Part shown: positions 46,901 through 54,224 of the stretch, piece after piece
Numbering within the stretch: the first letter of the stretch is position 1
How the letters are laid out: each line of letters starts with the position of its first letter
Virus record (IMG/VR): IMGVR_UViG_3300033692_000004
Span: 1-64,000 of that record
Reading direction: 5' to 3' (one strand)
Origin: a virus
Length of the DNA: 64,000 bases
Notes under the pieces: model-generated
What the model was told of the DNA's origin: nothing
Databases searched by the model: none
What the model saw: only the letters and a program-made list of their open reading frames with translations
Made by a program: the position numbers and the translations under genes

Positions 46901-47749
46901 CAATGCCAATATCCTCACCCTACTATATCTAGTATCTAAATCAGATATACTGACTTGTACAGATTTGTTAGTATCTACTCCTATATCAGAACCCCCTATG
47001 TCATTTTCTGAAATAGATGATAGTAATACTGGATTAGATACCGGAGATATTGTAGTGATAGTTCCTTGCGGGTTGTATAATTGATAAGCATATTGAACTA
47101 CACCTGATGTATAAGAGCCTCCAGAAACTACTTCTAAATTAAAAGTTCCATTCAAATTTACATCTGGAACATGATCTAATAAATTAGAAAAAGTTAATAA
47201 TGGAGTTTCTCCATCAACTATATTGAGAACTCTTAATGGATCTATTCCATTAGCCCAATATACTTTTATATTAGAAGAACTCTCATACCTACCAACTGCC
47301 GAAAGTTCTTTGTTGAAGTTAAAAAAGCCCAGTGACCCTCCTAATGAAGCGGGTAAGTATCTAACTAATGTGTAATTAGTAAAACCCTCTTCAACTAAGT
47401 CCATGCTAATAATACCAGACGCAGGTTCTGATGTTAAAAAATCCGGTATAGTCACATCAAAGTCTGCAAATAATACAATTTTTTCTCTAATAGTAAGTAC
47501 TTTATAAATAGTAATATTACTAAGAGTAGCATTATCAGAAGTAGACCATTGAGGAATAATCCATTCAACAGCTTCTAAATCAGCTTTTTCTAGTAAGCCA
47601 TCTACATTACTTATGGCTCCACTAGTAAAAGTATTATTAGAAATAGGGCGTATGTTTTCTGCATCATAATAATGAGTATTATCATACTTATTTACAGAAG
47701 TATCCCTGTCTATACCACCAGAAAATGTATTTATATGCCTTTTGGTCAT
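43967..47749 (-). CDS. Tail nozzle / tubular-tail-B-like protein (1,260 aa)
   Basis: The N-terminus FSGGIDRDTSVNKYDNTHYYDAENIRP...GAISNVDG resembles, from memory, the T7 gp12 start (LKGGISQQPD...). Large and beta-rich. Lies between the adaptor-like gene and the internal-protein genes. Confidence 0.4.
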   Translation of the reverse strand: MTKRHINTFSGGIDRDTSVNKYDNTHYYDAENIRPISNNTFTSGAISNVDGLLEKADLEAVEWIIPQWSTSDNATLSNITIYKVLTIREKIVLFADFDVTIPDFLTSEPASGIISMDLVEEGFTNYTLVRYLPASLGGSLGFFNFNKELSAVGRYESSSNIKVYWANGIDPLRVLNIVDGETPLLTFSNLLDHVPDVNLNGTFNLEVVSGGSYTSGVVQYAYQLYNPQGTITTISPVSNPVLLSSISENDIGGSDIGVDTNKSVQVSISDLDTRYSRVRILALFYEELFGEPQVNVIYEGINNVDISIIDSNRPIDTLTYEEFLTFNNTTYIPNSLETKNNILFSANLKESSFGSSILEDPSDSNYWDSRAYSFPENSDTTSIYNVAFESSINVTTSNWNTVPYDADATPVLLGYRPGGNFRSTSSSSYNRRYKPNSSVFGGEGPNVKFGFSLVSSKIDNYGNYRGYDLTTYKQNISGLQPNEIYRIGIVFYNKKGQVSFVRWVQDIRVPFPEEIGNTPFVSESAANNATEAFNIVLNVSIKEGKEPWLLDDSIKAWQVVRVKRNFEDREQVYNGLLLPTDKFGSEEFYRPQSNANSVDNTTYNLGQPLNTTDTTSGSTSDLYELICPELLFNDRGLDFDGVMIVNRAYEYISEVVYDASKYHVFLNAKAKESVPWPEQVSASPIISYKKVSPVIYDDDGLTIINTLTDTIAYRNESKHNTYPNGQDAANIGIGGTKYIVHSGVISIPVAWSSASNYRAINVDIVKDTEKTRYGGVTYQSRLLNEYIPYGQINSTEHLTDQTPLEDFNGDTYIKMFSYLRNIFQYDYPQNWDLDDGLQEIITFPMYTSINLDYRNDKLLDYIFKGDTVALDNDAKIKTMAVQETVNFGIEYQPEYYNEDVGDLYTYNSVYSKENTAKKFYPKPFDFVEEEFIDTKVLASEVKTNGEYIDSWSLLKPANFIEVDPSYGSITDIKRFKNQLYCFQEKAISLLAVNDRSLINDGSGIQLALGTGGVLERYDYITTTTGLQRKGALVDSKQALYFIDEYNKELWMLQGANSQELSRIKGFSSKINSLIPSTKILAGFDPNFNEIYFSFDNETWVLNEILGSVIGKFSVNPSNYFNLKGKFYSITNNILSENNNPNSKLGDKSYITLLINPNSNIINSFDNLDFRTETDSTTKETVDRIIYQNSYIDPITKVTKLNDPNKTVSYLARAFRTQVPQTQDGNRFVDSYLLVTFEFDNIDNLNFKLHDVISYYREAKI

Positions 47750-47751
47750 TA

Positions 47752-48636
47752 TTAACGTCGTTTATTAGGATATTGATTATACCTACGTTCTTGAATATTT
47801 AAAGTCTTAAACCCATTAGAATGTTCATTAGGTTTAGGTATACTTCTTAACCACATATTTTTTAATGATTCCATTTGATCTACAGAAGGTATATGTGCTT
47901 TAGTCCTAGCAGAGGCTACTGCAAATAAATATTGTTGTTCACTATCATTAACAACTGCTTTTAGTCCCGGACTCGCTGGATTTCTACGCCATCTCTTCCA
48001 ATCTAATTTATATGTAATATAATATTCTAATGCAGATATATATTTTTCATCGTCAGGAATCATGGGAAACCCTTCATTATCTATAGGATAACTTGTGTAT
48101 ACTAACTCTATATTACCTTCTTTAAAATCTGTAAAGATATAATCCCCTTGTATCTTATATGTATTAGGTAATGTATTAGTGTAATTAATTTTATCCTGTT
48201 GAATAAAGTTATCTTCAGCTTCTAAATCCCCATATTCATCTAAGGTAAAGTTGGTAACTCTAGCTACCGGATCATAAGCAGTAGGATTATTATACTCTTC
48301 TTCTAAATTAGTTTGATGATATACATCGGTAGATGCTATCATAGGTCTGAAATCAACTATATTACCTAAATCGTCTATTTGTACCCTACGAGCTGATTTT
48401 ATACTTACAAACCCTGTAGGTAGTATACCTCTATAGTTCTCAACAGATATTGGAGGAGGGTTATACCCTTCACTATTAGTATCTATTTCAATATATTGAT
48501 AAGTTATGCCTATTTTACCCATCAACTGAACAGTCCAAGCTACTGCACTTTCCCAGTCAACTTTATCAAAACCAGCATCCCTAAATACATTTTCAACTAC
48601 TTGATGTATACTTATATATCTACCGTTATATGCCAT
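47752..48636 (-). CDS. Tail adaptor / tubular-tail-A-like protein (294 aa)
   Basis: Lies directly upstream of the nozzle-like gene (2-nt gap). The C-terminal IPDDEKYISALEYYITYKLDWKRW is loosely like the gp11-type C-terminal helix. Weak. Confidence 0.3.
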   Translation of the reverse strand: MAYNGRYISIHQVVENVFRDAGFDKVDWESAVAWTVQLMGKIGITYQYIEIDTNSEGYNPPPISVENYRGILPTGFVSIKSARRVQIDDLGNIVDFRPMIASTDVYHQTNLEEEYNNPTAYDPVARVTNFTLDEYGDLEAEDNFIQQDKINYTNTLPNTYKIQGDYIFTDFKEGNIELVYTSYPIDNEGFPMIPDDEKYISALEYYITYKLDWKRWRRNPASPGLKAVVNDSEQQYLFAVASARTKAHIPSVDQMESLKNMWLRSIPKPNEHSNGFKTLNIQERRYNQYPNKRR

Positions 48637-48638
48637 TA

Positions 48639-48917
48639 TTAATAGTCTAAGAAGTTCTTAATAGCTTTCTCTAGTTCATCAGTATTAGCACCCTCATCAG
48701 GTTTCATACCATCTAAAGGATTGCTCTGTGAATAATACTTTTTATAACTGTCTTGGTATTTACCATCTTTTTCGCCGTATTCTTCTAGGCAAACTAAGTA
48801 ACCATTCTCAATCTCCTCAACATTGATCTTTTTGCACCAACCATCCTTTTCAGTTGATTTAGACCACTTCTTATATTCATTATTACCCATAACTGATATA
48901 TTTTCTAATTTATCCAT
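48639..48917 (-). CDS. Hypothetical virion-module protein (92 aa from ATG 48917)
   Basis: The track ORF starts at 48986 and overlaps the upstream gene by 77 nt. ATG 48917 gives an 8-nt ATGGATAA overlap typical of the coupling seen elsewhere in this arm. Confidence 0.45.
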   Translation of the reverse strand: MDKLENISVMGNNEYKKWSKSTEKDGWCKKINVEEIENGYLVCLEEYGEKDGKYQDSYKKYYSQSNPLDGMKPDEGANTDELEKAIKNFLDY

Positions 48918-49458
48918 AATAGTAATTATCTCTTTCATCTGATTTAACCCATGTAGATAAACCTCTTCTACCGTAGTAATAACCATCTTCAGTTACACCA
49001 CCTTTTACAGGTCTATATACATAAGCTGAATAATTCTTTATATTACATTGTCTACGATCCCAATACCATTTCATTAAATAGCCATCAGTATGTTCATTAG
49101 TATGAACAATTAATTTCTTATCTGGAATCTGTTTAATCTCTTCCCAGGTCTTATCTGGATATATTTCATTCCAATATTGTCTACATGCAGGCCAATCAAT
49201 AGGCATCCTCTTGGTATCTATTTTACCATCCTTGATAATAACCTCCTGCTTAATAGCTTTAACTCTTAAAAATCCTAATCTATAAGGCATTCTAAATTCT
49301 AAGGAATCTCTAATCATCATATCAGAAATACGTTTATTAAACTCCTGACATAGATCTGAATATAGTTTCCTATTGATACCATTCCTCCCCGCTTTCTTCT
49401 TATAAAATGCATAAGCATCATATAACCCTGCTGTGATCTCCCTACGCTTTTTGGCCAT
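48910..49458 (-). CDS. Hypothetical basic protein (182 aa); weak HU/IHF-like beta-arm resemblance
   Basis: Basic N-terminus MAKKRRE. LEFRMPYRLGFLRVKAIKQ is loosely like the GFG.F.V arm of HU/IHF proteins. Not verifiable by eye. Confidence 0.3.
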   Translation of the reverse strand: MAKKRREITAGLYDAYAFYKKKAGRNGINRKLYSDLCQEFNKRISDMMIRDSLEFRMPYRLGFLRVKAIKQEVIIKDGKIDTKRMPIDWPACRQYWNEIYPDKTWEEIKQIPDKKLIVHTNEHTDGYLMKWYWDRRQCNIKNYSAYVYRPVKGGVTEDGYYYGRRGLSTWVKSDERDNYYYG

Positions 49459-49464
49459 AAAATA

Positions 49465-50103
49465 TTATTTAATTATCTCTCCACTTGAATCCGATACTTC
49501 GTCTTCTATACCTCTTAAGAACATTCTAAAATCTTCACCCACAATAGCCTTTTTAATATATTCTACACCATCATAATCTATTGGAAAGTTATCTACCTCA
49601 TTATCAAAATTAGGGGCTTTCCTGGGGTCTTCTAATATACCTGATACATTTATACTATTAATTAATTTAAAAGCATTATTTCGGCTCTTAAATAGCAAAT
49701 ACCCATCTTTATATGTGACAAATACTATATTACCATTAAACTTACCATTACCTGCTAATTTAAAGTGATTATAATTCACATATGAGAATATATAGGATGC
49801 AGTATCTGTACCAGTAATATCTGTAATCTGGAGACCTTCTTTAGTATTAAGAAAACTAGGGACCTTTTCTGTAGACCTTAGTACGGTAGAACTACCATCA
49901 TTATAAGATTCTACAGGTAGACTTAAGAATTGTTTAGAATTCTCGGATACTCCCCAATTACGATCTATTACAGACCTAAGATATTCAGCCCTCTTAGTTA
50001 CTACAAAGTCTTCTAATAGTCTAGAATCAAGTCTTTCATCATCTACTATATGTCCTTGCCTAAGTAATTCTAATGCTGAATATGTAATTTCTTGTAATGT
50101 CAT
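49465..50103 (-). CDS. Hypothetical virion-module protein (212 aa)
   Basis: First ORF after a 64-nt gap containing a TTTGTAAT motif. Confidence 0.5.
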   Translation of the reverse strand: MTLQEITYSALELLRQGHIVDDERLDSRLLEDFVVTKRAEYLRSVIDRNWGVSENSKQFLSLPVESYNDGSSTVLRSTEKVPSFLNTKEGLQITDITGTDTASYIFSYVNYNHFKLAGNGKFNGNIVFVTYKDGYLLFKSRNNAFKLINSINVSGILEDPRKAPNFDNEVDNFPIDYDGVEYIKKAIVGEDFRMFLRGIEDEVSDSSGEIIK

Positions 50104-50167
50104 TTATATAAATTTAGCGCAATATACAATAATTTCTTGAATATTACAAATATTTATTAATTCTTAA

Positions 50168-50503
50168 CTATTCTTGGACAGTAAAATGTTTACGCAACTC
50201 AGTTTTTATAGTATCAGTATTCATTAATATATCCTTATTTAACAGTATTAGAGTATCAGTCTTCTCTACAATTTCACGTTGTGTAATAATTATAGTATCT
50301 ACTTTAGCTGGTAAAGATTTAAGACTATCCAGTTTAGAGTTTGCGGTATGTAGATTATATTTAACACTGTCTAACCTGCTGTTATTAACTTCTATAACCT
50401 CTTGTAACTCTTCACTACACTTGTCTTTCTGATACTGTGAGCCACCATAAGCACCCCCAAATAAAAGTAATATTGCTATAATTGCTTCTGCCATCTTATT
50501 CAT
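50168..50503 (-). CDS. N-terminally anchored coiled-coil membrane protein (111 aa)
   Basis: AEAIIAILLLFGGAYGG TM segment followed by a heptad-like region (LDSVKYNLHTANSKLDSLKSL). Confidence 0.5.
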   Translation of the reverse strand: MNKMAEAIIAILLLFGGAYGGSQYQKDKCSEELQEVIEVNNSRLDSVKYNLHTANSKLDSLKSLPAKVDTIIITQREIVEKTDTLILLNKDILMNTDTIKTELRKHFTVQE

Positions 50504-50509
50504 ATTTAA

Positions 50510-50698
50510 TTATTTATTATTGGTTCTTTCAAACTCCTTACGATCCTGATATTGTTTATTAGCTAAAATACCTATACCTAATGTAAATCCCGCCATCATT
50601 GTAGTACCATCTTTGTATACAAACCCATATATTGCACTACATAGTATTACAAAATAAGCTGCTATCTTACTACCTGTTAATCTAAGATAAAAGTTCAT
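50510..50698 (-). CDS. Two-TM small membrane protein (62 aa), holin-like topology
   Basis: IAAYFVILCSAIYGFVY and MMAGFTLGIGILA, plus a charged tail QYQDRKEFERTNNK. Confidence 0.45.
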   Translation of the reverse strand: MNFYLRLTGSKIAAYFVILCSAIYGFVYKDGTTMMAGFTLGIGILANKQYQDRKEFERTNNK

Positions 50699-50987
50699 AG
50701 GGTGTCTTAGTTAAGTAGAACAATAATTCTTTAGACTTATTAAAAATATTTAGCACATCTTCCTCTGTAAAATAGTTATTTTCAGGTAAGCCATTAGTAT
50801 CATACAGATCTAATATATTAGATAGCTGATAAATATAAAGTGCTAAGTATTGCCTAGACCAAAAGCTATCATATGCTTCTGATAGATTATAAGCCTCCCA
50901 AAAAGTTATTTCTACAGAAGTATCTAATGCAGAATGCTTCTTTAACTTGTCTACAATTACTTCTAATGATTCTTTAGTTATTGACAT
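50682..50987 (-). CDS. Hypothetical protein (101 aa)
   Basis: ORF in the late operon frame with overlapping ends. Confidence 0.45.
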   Translation of the reverse strand: MSITKESLEVIVDKLKKHSALDTSVEITFWEAYNLSEAYDSFWSRQYLALYIYQLSNILDLYDTNGLPENNYFTEEDVLNIFNKSKELLFYLTKTPYELLS

Positions 50988-51505
50988 ATTGTTTCTAATG
51001 ATGTTAATATTCTTTCAGAATCTTCGTACAAACCTAACTCAGATGTATATTCTAAATTCAATAGCCAATTATAGCACCTTAGAGGCGTTTTAAGCTTGTT
51101 TGTATAGCAACCGAAGTATTCCTTCCAGTCAGTGTCTTTTAAAGCAGATATGACCTTATATTTAATTATATCATAGAATACAACGGTTAGTTCGGATGTA
51201 TGTGTTACTTCTGAACCAGTAGAATTTTCCACCACTTCTAAAGAAGTTTCATAAACACCATCTAAGATTTGTGTACCCACCAGTGTAGAAGATTCTAACT
51301 TTAACCCATTACCGTCCCGCAATGAAGCTAAACTAGATGTAATATCTTCAGAATAATCTACACCTCCTACAGTAATGGTAAAAGTAATAGATATAACATC
51401 TGTATTAATATCTATACCTAGATCACTATACTCCTGTAGAGTAGTAGTATCATATACTATTACTGAATTACCAAGTGTCCCTTCCTTTACATTATGACTT
51501 ATCAT
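50978..51505 (-). CDS. Hypothetical virion-module protein (175 aa)
   Basis: ORF in the late operon; beta-rich; no motif. Confidence 0.5.
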   Translation of the reverse strand: MISHNVKEGTLGNSVIVYDTTTLQEYSDLGIDINTDVISITFTITVGGVDYSEDITSSLASLRDGNGLKLESSTLVGTQILDGVYETSLEVVENSTGSEVTHTSELTVVFYDIIKYKVISALKDTDWKEYFGCYTNKLKTPLRCYNWLLNLEYTSELGLYEDSERILTSLETICQ

Positions 51506-51506
51506 A

Positions 51507-51794
51507 CTAATTGTATTTATTTTTTAGACCATGTACGTCTAGTTTAAGATCTTCAATTGCTTCATCATGCCTATCCACCCGCCCCTCTAATTTTTCTACA
51601 TTATCTCGTAAATTAATATTACTCTCTTCGTGTGCTGCAAAACGTATTAATATACCGTTAACAGTTGTGTTAAGTTTTTTAAGTACAGCAATATTCTCTT
51701 TTACAAAATAAATCAATAGACCTAAGCCTCCTGTAAATAGTAGTGGAATTAACCATGCGAAAAATTCAGGGAAAGCTTTTATTAGTTCATTCAT
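51507..51794 (-). CDS. N-terminally anchored coiled-coil membrane protein (95 aa)
   Basis: FFAWLIPLLFTGGLGLLIYFV TM segment, then VEKLEGRVDRHDEAIEDLKLDVHGLK coiled coil. Confidence 0.5.
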   Translation of the reverse strand: MNELIKAFPEFFAWLIPLLFTGGLGLLIYFVKENIAVLKKLNTTVNGILIRFAAHEESNINLRDNVEKLEGRVDRHDEAIEDLKLDVHGLKNKYN

Positions 51795-51822
51795 ACCACG
51801 TTCAAAAATTTATATATTATAC

Positions 51823-52224
51823 TTATATTAATAATCCAAAAAATCCCGCAACAAACCTACTCACTGAAAGTACCGGGATTCGTGCATTTCGTTCAATCTT
51901 TCTCATCCAAATCTTAGGTCTATCTAACCATGTATTATCATCAGAATCAAGATGGTATTTATCTACTCCAGCAATTCTATTCCAAAAGTAGTCAAAGAAT
52001 GCGTATCTAAGTAGTATATAAGCAGGAATAACCATATAGCCTTCAGCAAGTATCGGTGAAGCATAATAAAAGTAGTGCATAATAACAGATACAAATATTA
52101 GACTCACTTCATATAAGGGTGTAATTATATGATCTAATTGATTCTTATTTCCTTCTACATCTAACCAAGCCTTTGCGAATATTGCTGTAATTAGAAGTAA
52201 TTTAATTGTGAAAAATGTTATCAT
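51823..52224 (-). CDS. Multi-pass membrane protein (133 aa from ATG 52224)
   Basis: About 4 hydrophobic segments: ITFFTIKLLLITAIFA, VSLIFVSVIMHYFYY, YMVIPAYILLRYAFF, FVAGFFGLLI. The track start 52281 is TTG and overlaps the upstream gene. Confidence 0.45.
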   Translation of the reverse strand: MITFFTIKLLLITAIFAKAWLDVEGNKNQLDHIITPLYEVSLIFVSVIMHYFYYASPILAEGYMVIPAYILLRYAFFDYFWNRIAGVDKYHLDSDDNTWLDRPKIWMRKIERNARIPVLSVSRFVAGFFGLLI

Positions 52225-52264
52225 GTCATTTATTTTCAAGTTTGATAATCTGGCCCTTGTCAAA

Positions 52265-52594
52265 TTACTGTATATTAACAATTAAATATGGTTTATTTCT
52301 AAACTTTTCAAATGTTATCCCTCCCACATAGGCTTCAGGCGGTCTATTTGTATGTTCTTTTTCAAATGTAACAGCCGTTAATTTTGTTTGTAAATAATCA
52401 ATCGGGTCTGGTATTACCTGAAAAGTTATTCCGGTTAAACTTACCTCTGTGTCTAATTGCCAGTCCGTATTATCGGGGTGTGGCTCTGTTGTCGTACCGT
52501 CAACTAAAGCAGTCCACAACTCACCTCTCCACCCCCTTTGTTCGTTTAAAGGGGTGGCTGTCCCATCCCATTCTGATACATTATTACTGTACAT
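52265..52594 (-). CDS. Hypothetical protein (109 aa), in the visibly GC-richer block
   Basis: ORF directly after the beta-helix protein gene (1-nt gap). Confidence 0.45.
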   Translation of the reverse strand: MYSNNVSEWDGTATPLNEQRGWRGELWTALVDGTTTEPHPDNTDWQLDTEVSLTGITFQVIPDPIDYLQTKLTAVTFEKEHTNRPPEAYVGGITFEKFRNKPYLIVNIQ

Positions 52595-52595
52595 A

Positions 52596-54005
52596 TTAGT
52601 CTATTATTACCCGTCTGATTGTAAACTCAATGATGAAATCCTGAACGACTTGTTTCTGTTCTGTGTTGTCATCAAACAGATCATTTAGTTGTGAGTTTCC
52701 GCTTGCGTCAATTGTAGGCTCTCGATTCAATTCATAATCCTTAAATACAGAAAGTGCATCAACCGTGTTAGGGGCGACTTGCAAACGATAATCATATACA
52801 ACTCTTTGATTCGCCGTATTGTCTGGTTGTAAATCTACGGTTGTATCAATTCTCTGATTAGCGACACCTTGTTTGGCAGTACCTTCGATATTGTAAACAA
52901 AGTTCGCCATAAATGCAACTAAATCAACCGTGATCGCTTCCAGCATTGATATTCTCACACTTCTATATGTGCCTACATCAAACCCGTCTGACAATACGAT
53001 AGCATTATTAACCATGTCATATTCCAGATTTGAAGTATTCCCGGAATCAATATGAGTGTTCCATAAGTCCGAAGCTGAAAATCTATAACCAACAGGTTTT
53101 GCACCTATGTAAGTACCATTCAGCCCTCCAAATTTTACACGGTCATTGGCTGTTGGTTTTAATGTAAAGTCTGCATTTTGCCAATCATCAATATAAATAG
53201 GTGAATAATAATTGTTGAATATTTCATTTATTTGTGCAACACTTGCACCGCTACCTGACACATTTCCAAATAGATCAACCTCACTATAAGATTTTACAAA
53301 ATAATTTCCATCGGCTTTGAAATCCTCTATTGTTACTCCTGTTGTTTTGCCGTTGATTGCAGTTGATGTTTTAACTGTGCCTATTATTATTGAGTAGTCT
53401 GTAATCGCTCCTGTTGGTCTGGGAATAGTGGCTCCAATCGATAGACCTGGGCAGTCAATAATAACATTATTGTACGAATTGTCTGTCGTAAAATTACTTG
53501 AAGTGCTTTTTATTATCAAACAATTAATTACATTAACTAAAATTGAAGCACTTGACTCAATTAGTATATTTTTTTTAAAATCAGTACTTCTAAAATTAGA
53601 AGAATATAAAAATATACAATCTTCATATACTTTAGTAGCTTCACTTCCTGAGCATTGACTAAATATCACATTGTACCCATCAGGGTAACCATTAAAGGTA
53701 ATATTATTAAAAACAACAATTCCGTCACCAACTGCTTTTATCCGTTTTGAAATAGGTAGTGATGAGGAATATAGAGCTGAATCAAACACGACTAAATGTC
53801 CTGATAATACAGAAGGTTCCTGTTCTAATTTTTCATAAGTCGCAAACGGCCTCGTCGGCCCTCCATGCCCCGTCGGATTAGTGCTCGGATCATAAAGCCC
53901 AACAGCATCAACATCAGTATCATTGCCATAATAAGCTGAAACATACCACATTGCAGTTAATCCGTATTTCTTTTGCTCTATACCTGTCCATTTAATATTA
54001 GCCAT
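52596..54005 (-). CDS. Parallel beta-helix receptor-binding / depolymerase-type tail protein (469 aa)
   Basis: Recurrent coil-like hydrophobic rungs: VVFNNITFNG, NVIFSQCSG, DCIFLYSS, INCLIIKS, NVIIDCPG. Preceded by a canonical AAGGAG 8 nt before the ATG, unlike almost all other genes here. Confidence 0.5.
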   Translation of the reverse strand: MANIKWTGIEQKKYGLTAMWYVSAYYGNDTDVDAVGLYDPSTNPTGHGGPTRPFATYEKLEQEPSVLSGHLVVFDSALYSSSLPISKRIKAVGDGIVVFNNITFNGYPDGYNVIFSQCSGSEATKVYEDCIFLYSSNFRSTDFKKNILIESSASILVNVINCLIIKSTSSNFTTDNSYNNVIIDCPGLSIGATIPRPTGAITDYSIIIGTVKTSTAINGKTTGVTIEDFKADGNYFVKSYSEVDLFGNVSGSGASVAQINEIFNNYYSPIYIDDWQNADFTLKPTANDRVKFGGLNGTYIGAKPVGYRFSASDLWNTHIDSGNTSNLEYDMVNNAIVLSDGFDVGTYRSVRISMLEAITVDLVAFMANFVYNIEGTAKQGVANQRIDTTVDLQPDNTANQRVVYDYRLQVAPNTVDALSVFKDYELNREPTIDASGNSQLNDLFDDNTEQKQVVQDFIIEFTIRRVIID

Positions 54006-54117
54006 TTGCTATCTCCTTTCTCTCTACTTTAGACACTTTAAAAGCATCACGGGGGACGTTATTTTGCACTTGCGAAACAGTGTATTTGTAAGTGTAAGTT
54101 TCAACTATTTGACTATT

Positions 54118-54219
54118 TTATAATTGCCAAATACGTTCTGACCAACGACCAATTTCATCTTTATTGATAGTCGTTGGTTCGTTCTCGCTTATATATTCTT
54201 GAATTTCTTGCTCTGTCAT
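54118..54219 (-). CDS. Possible 33-aa micro-ORF
   Basis: Translation: MTEQEIQEYISENEPTTINKDEIGRWSERIWQL. The ATG is 5 nt after the 1,030-aa gene stop. Too short to be confident. Confidence 0.2.
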   Translation of the reverse strand: MTEQEIQEYISENEPTTINKDEIGRWSERIWQL

Positions 54220-54224
54220 GGTTA

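Noticed and set aside
48639-48986. Full-length 115-aa ORF overlapping the upstream gene by 77 nt, or a programmed frameshift between the two.
   Set aside because: An internal ATG at 48917 gives the 8-nt overlap style seen elsewhere. No slippery heptamer is evident in the overlap.
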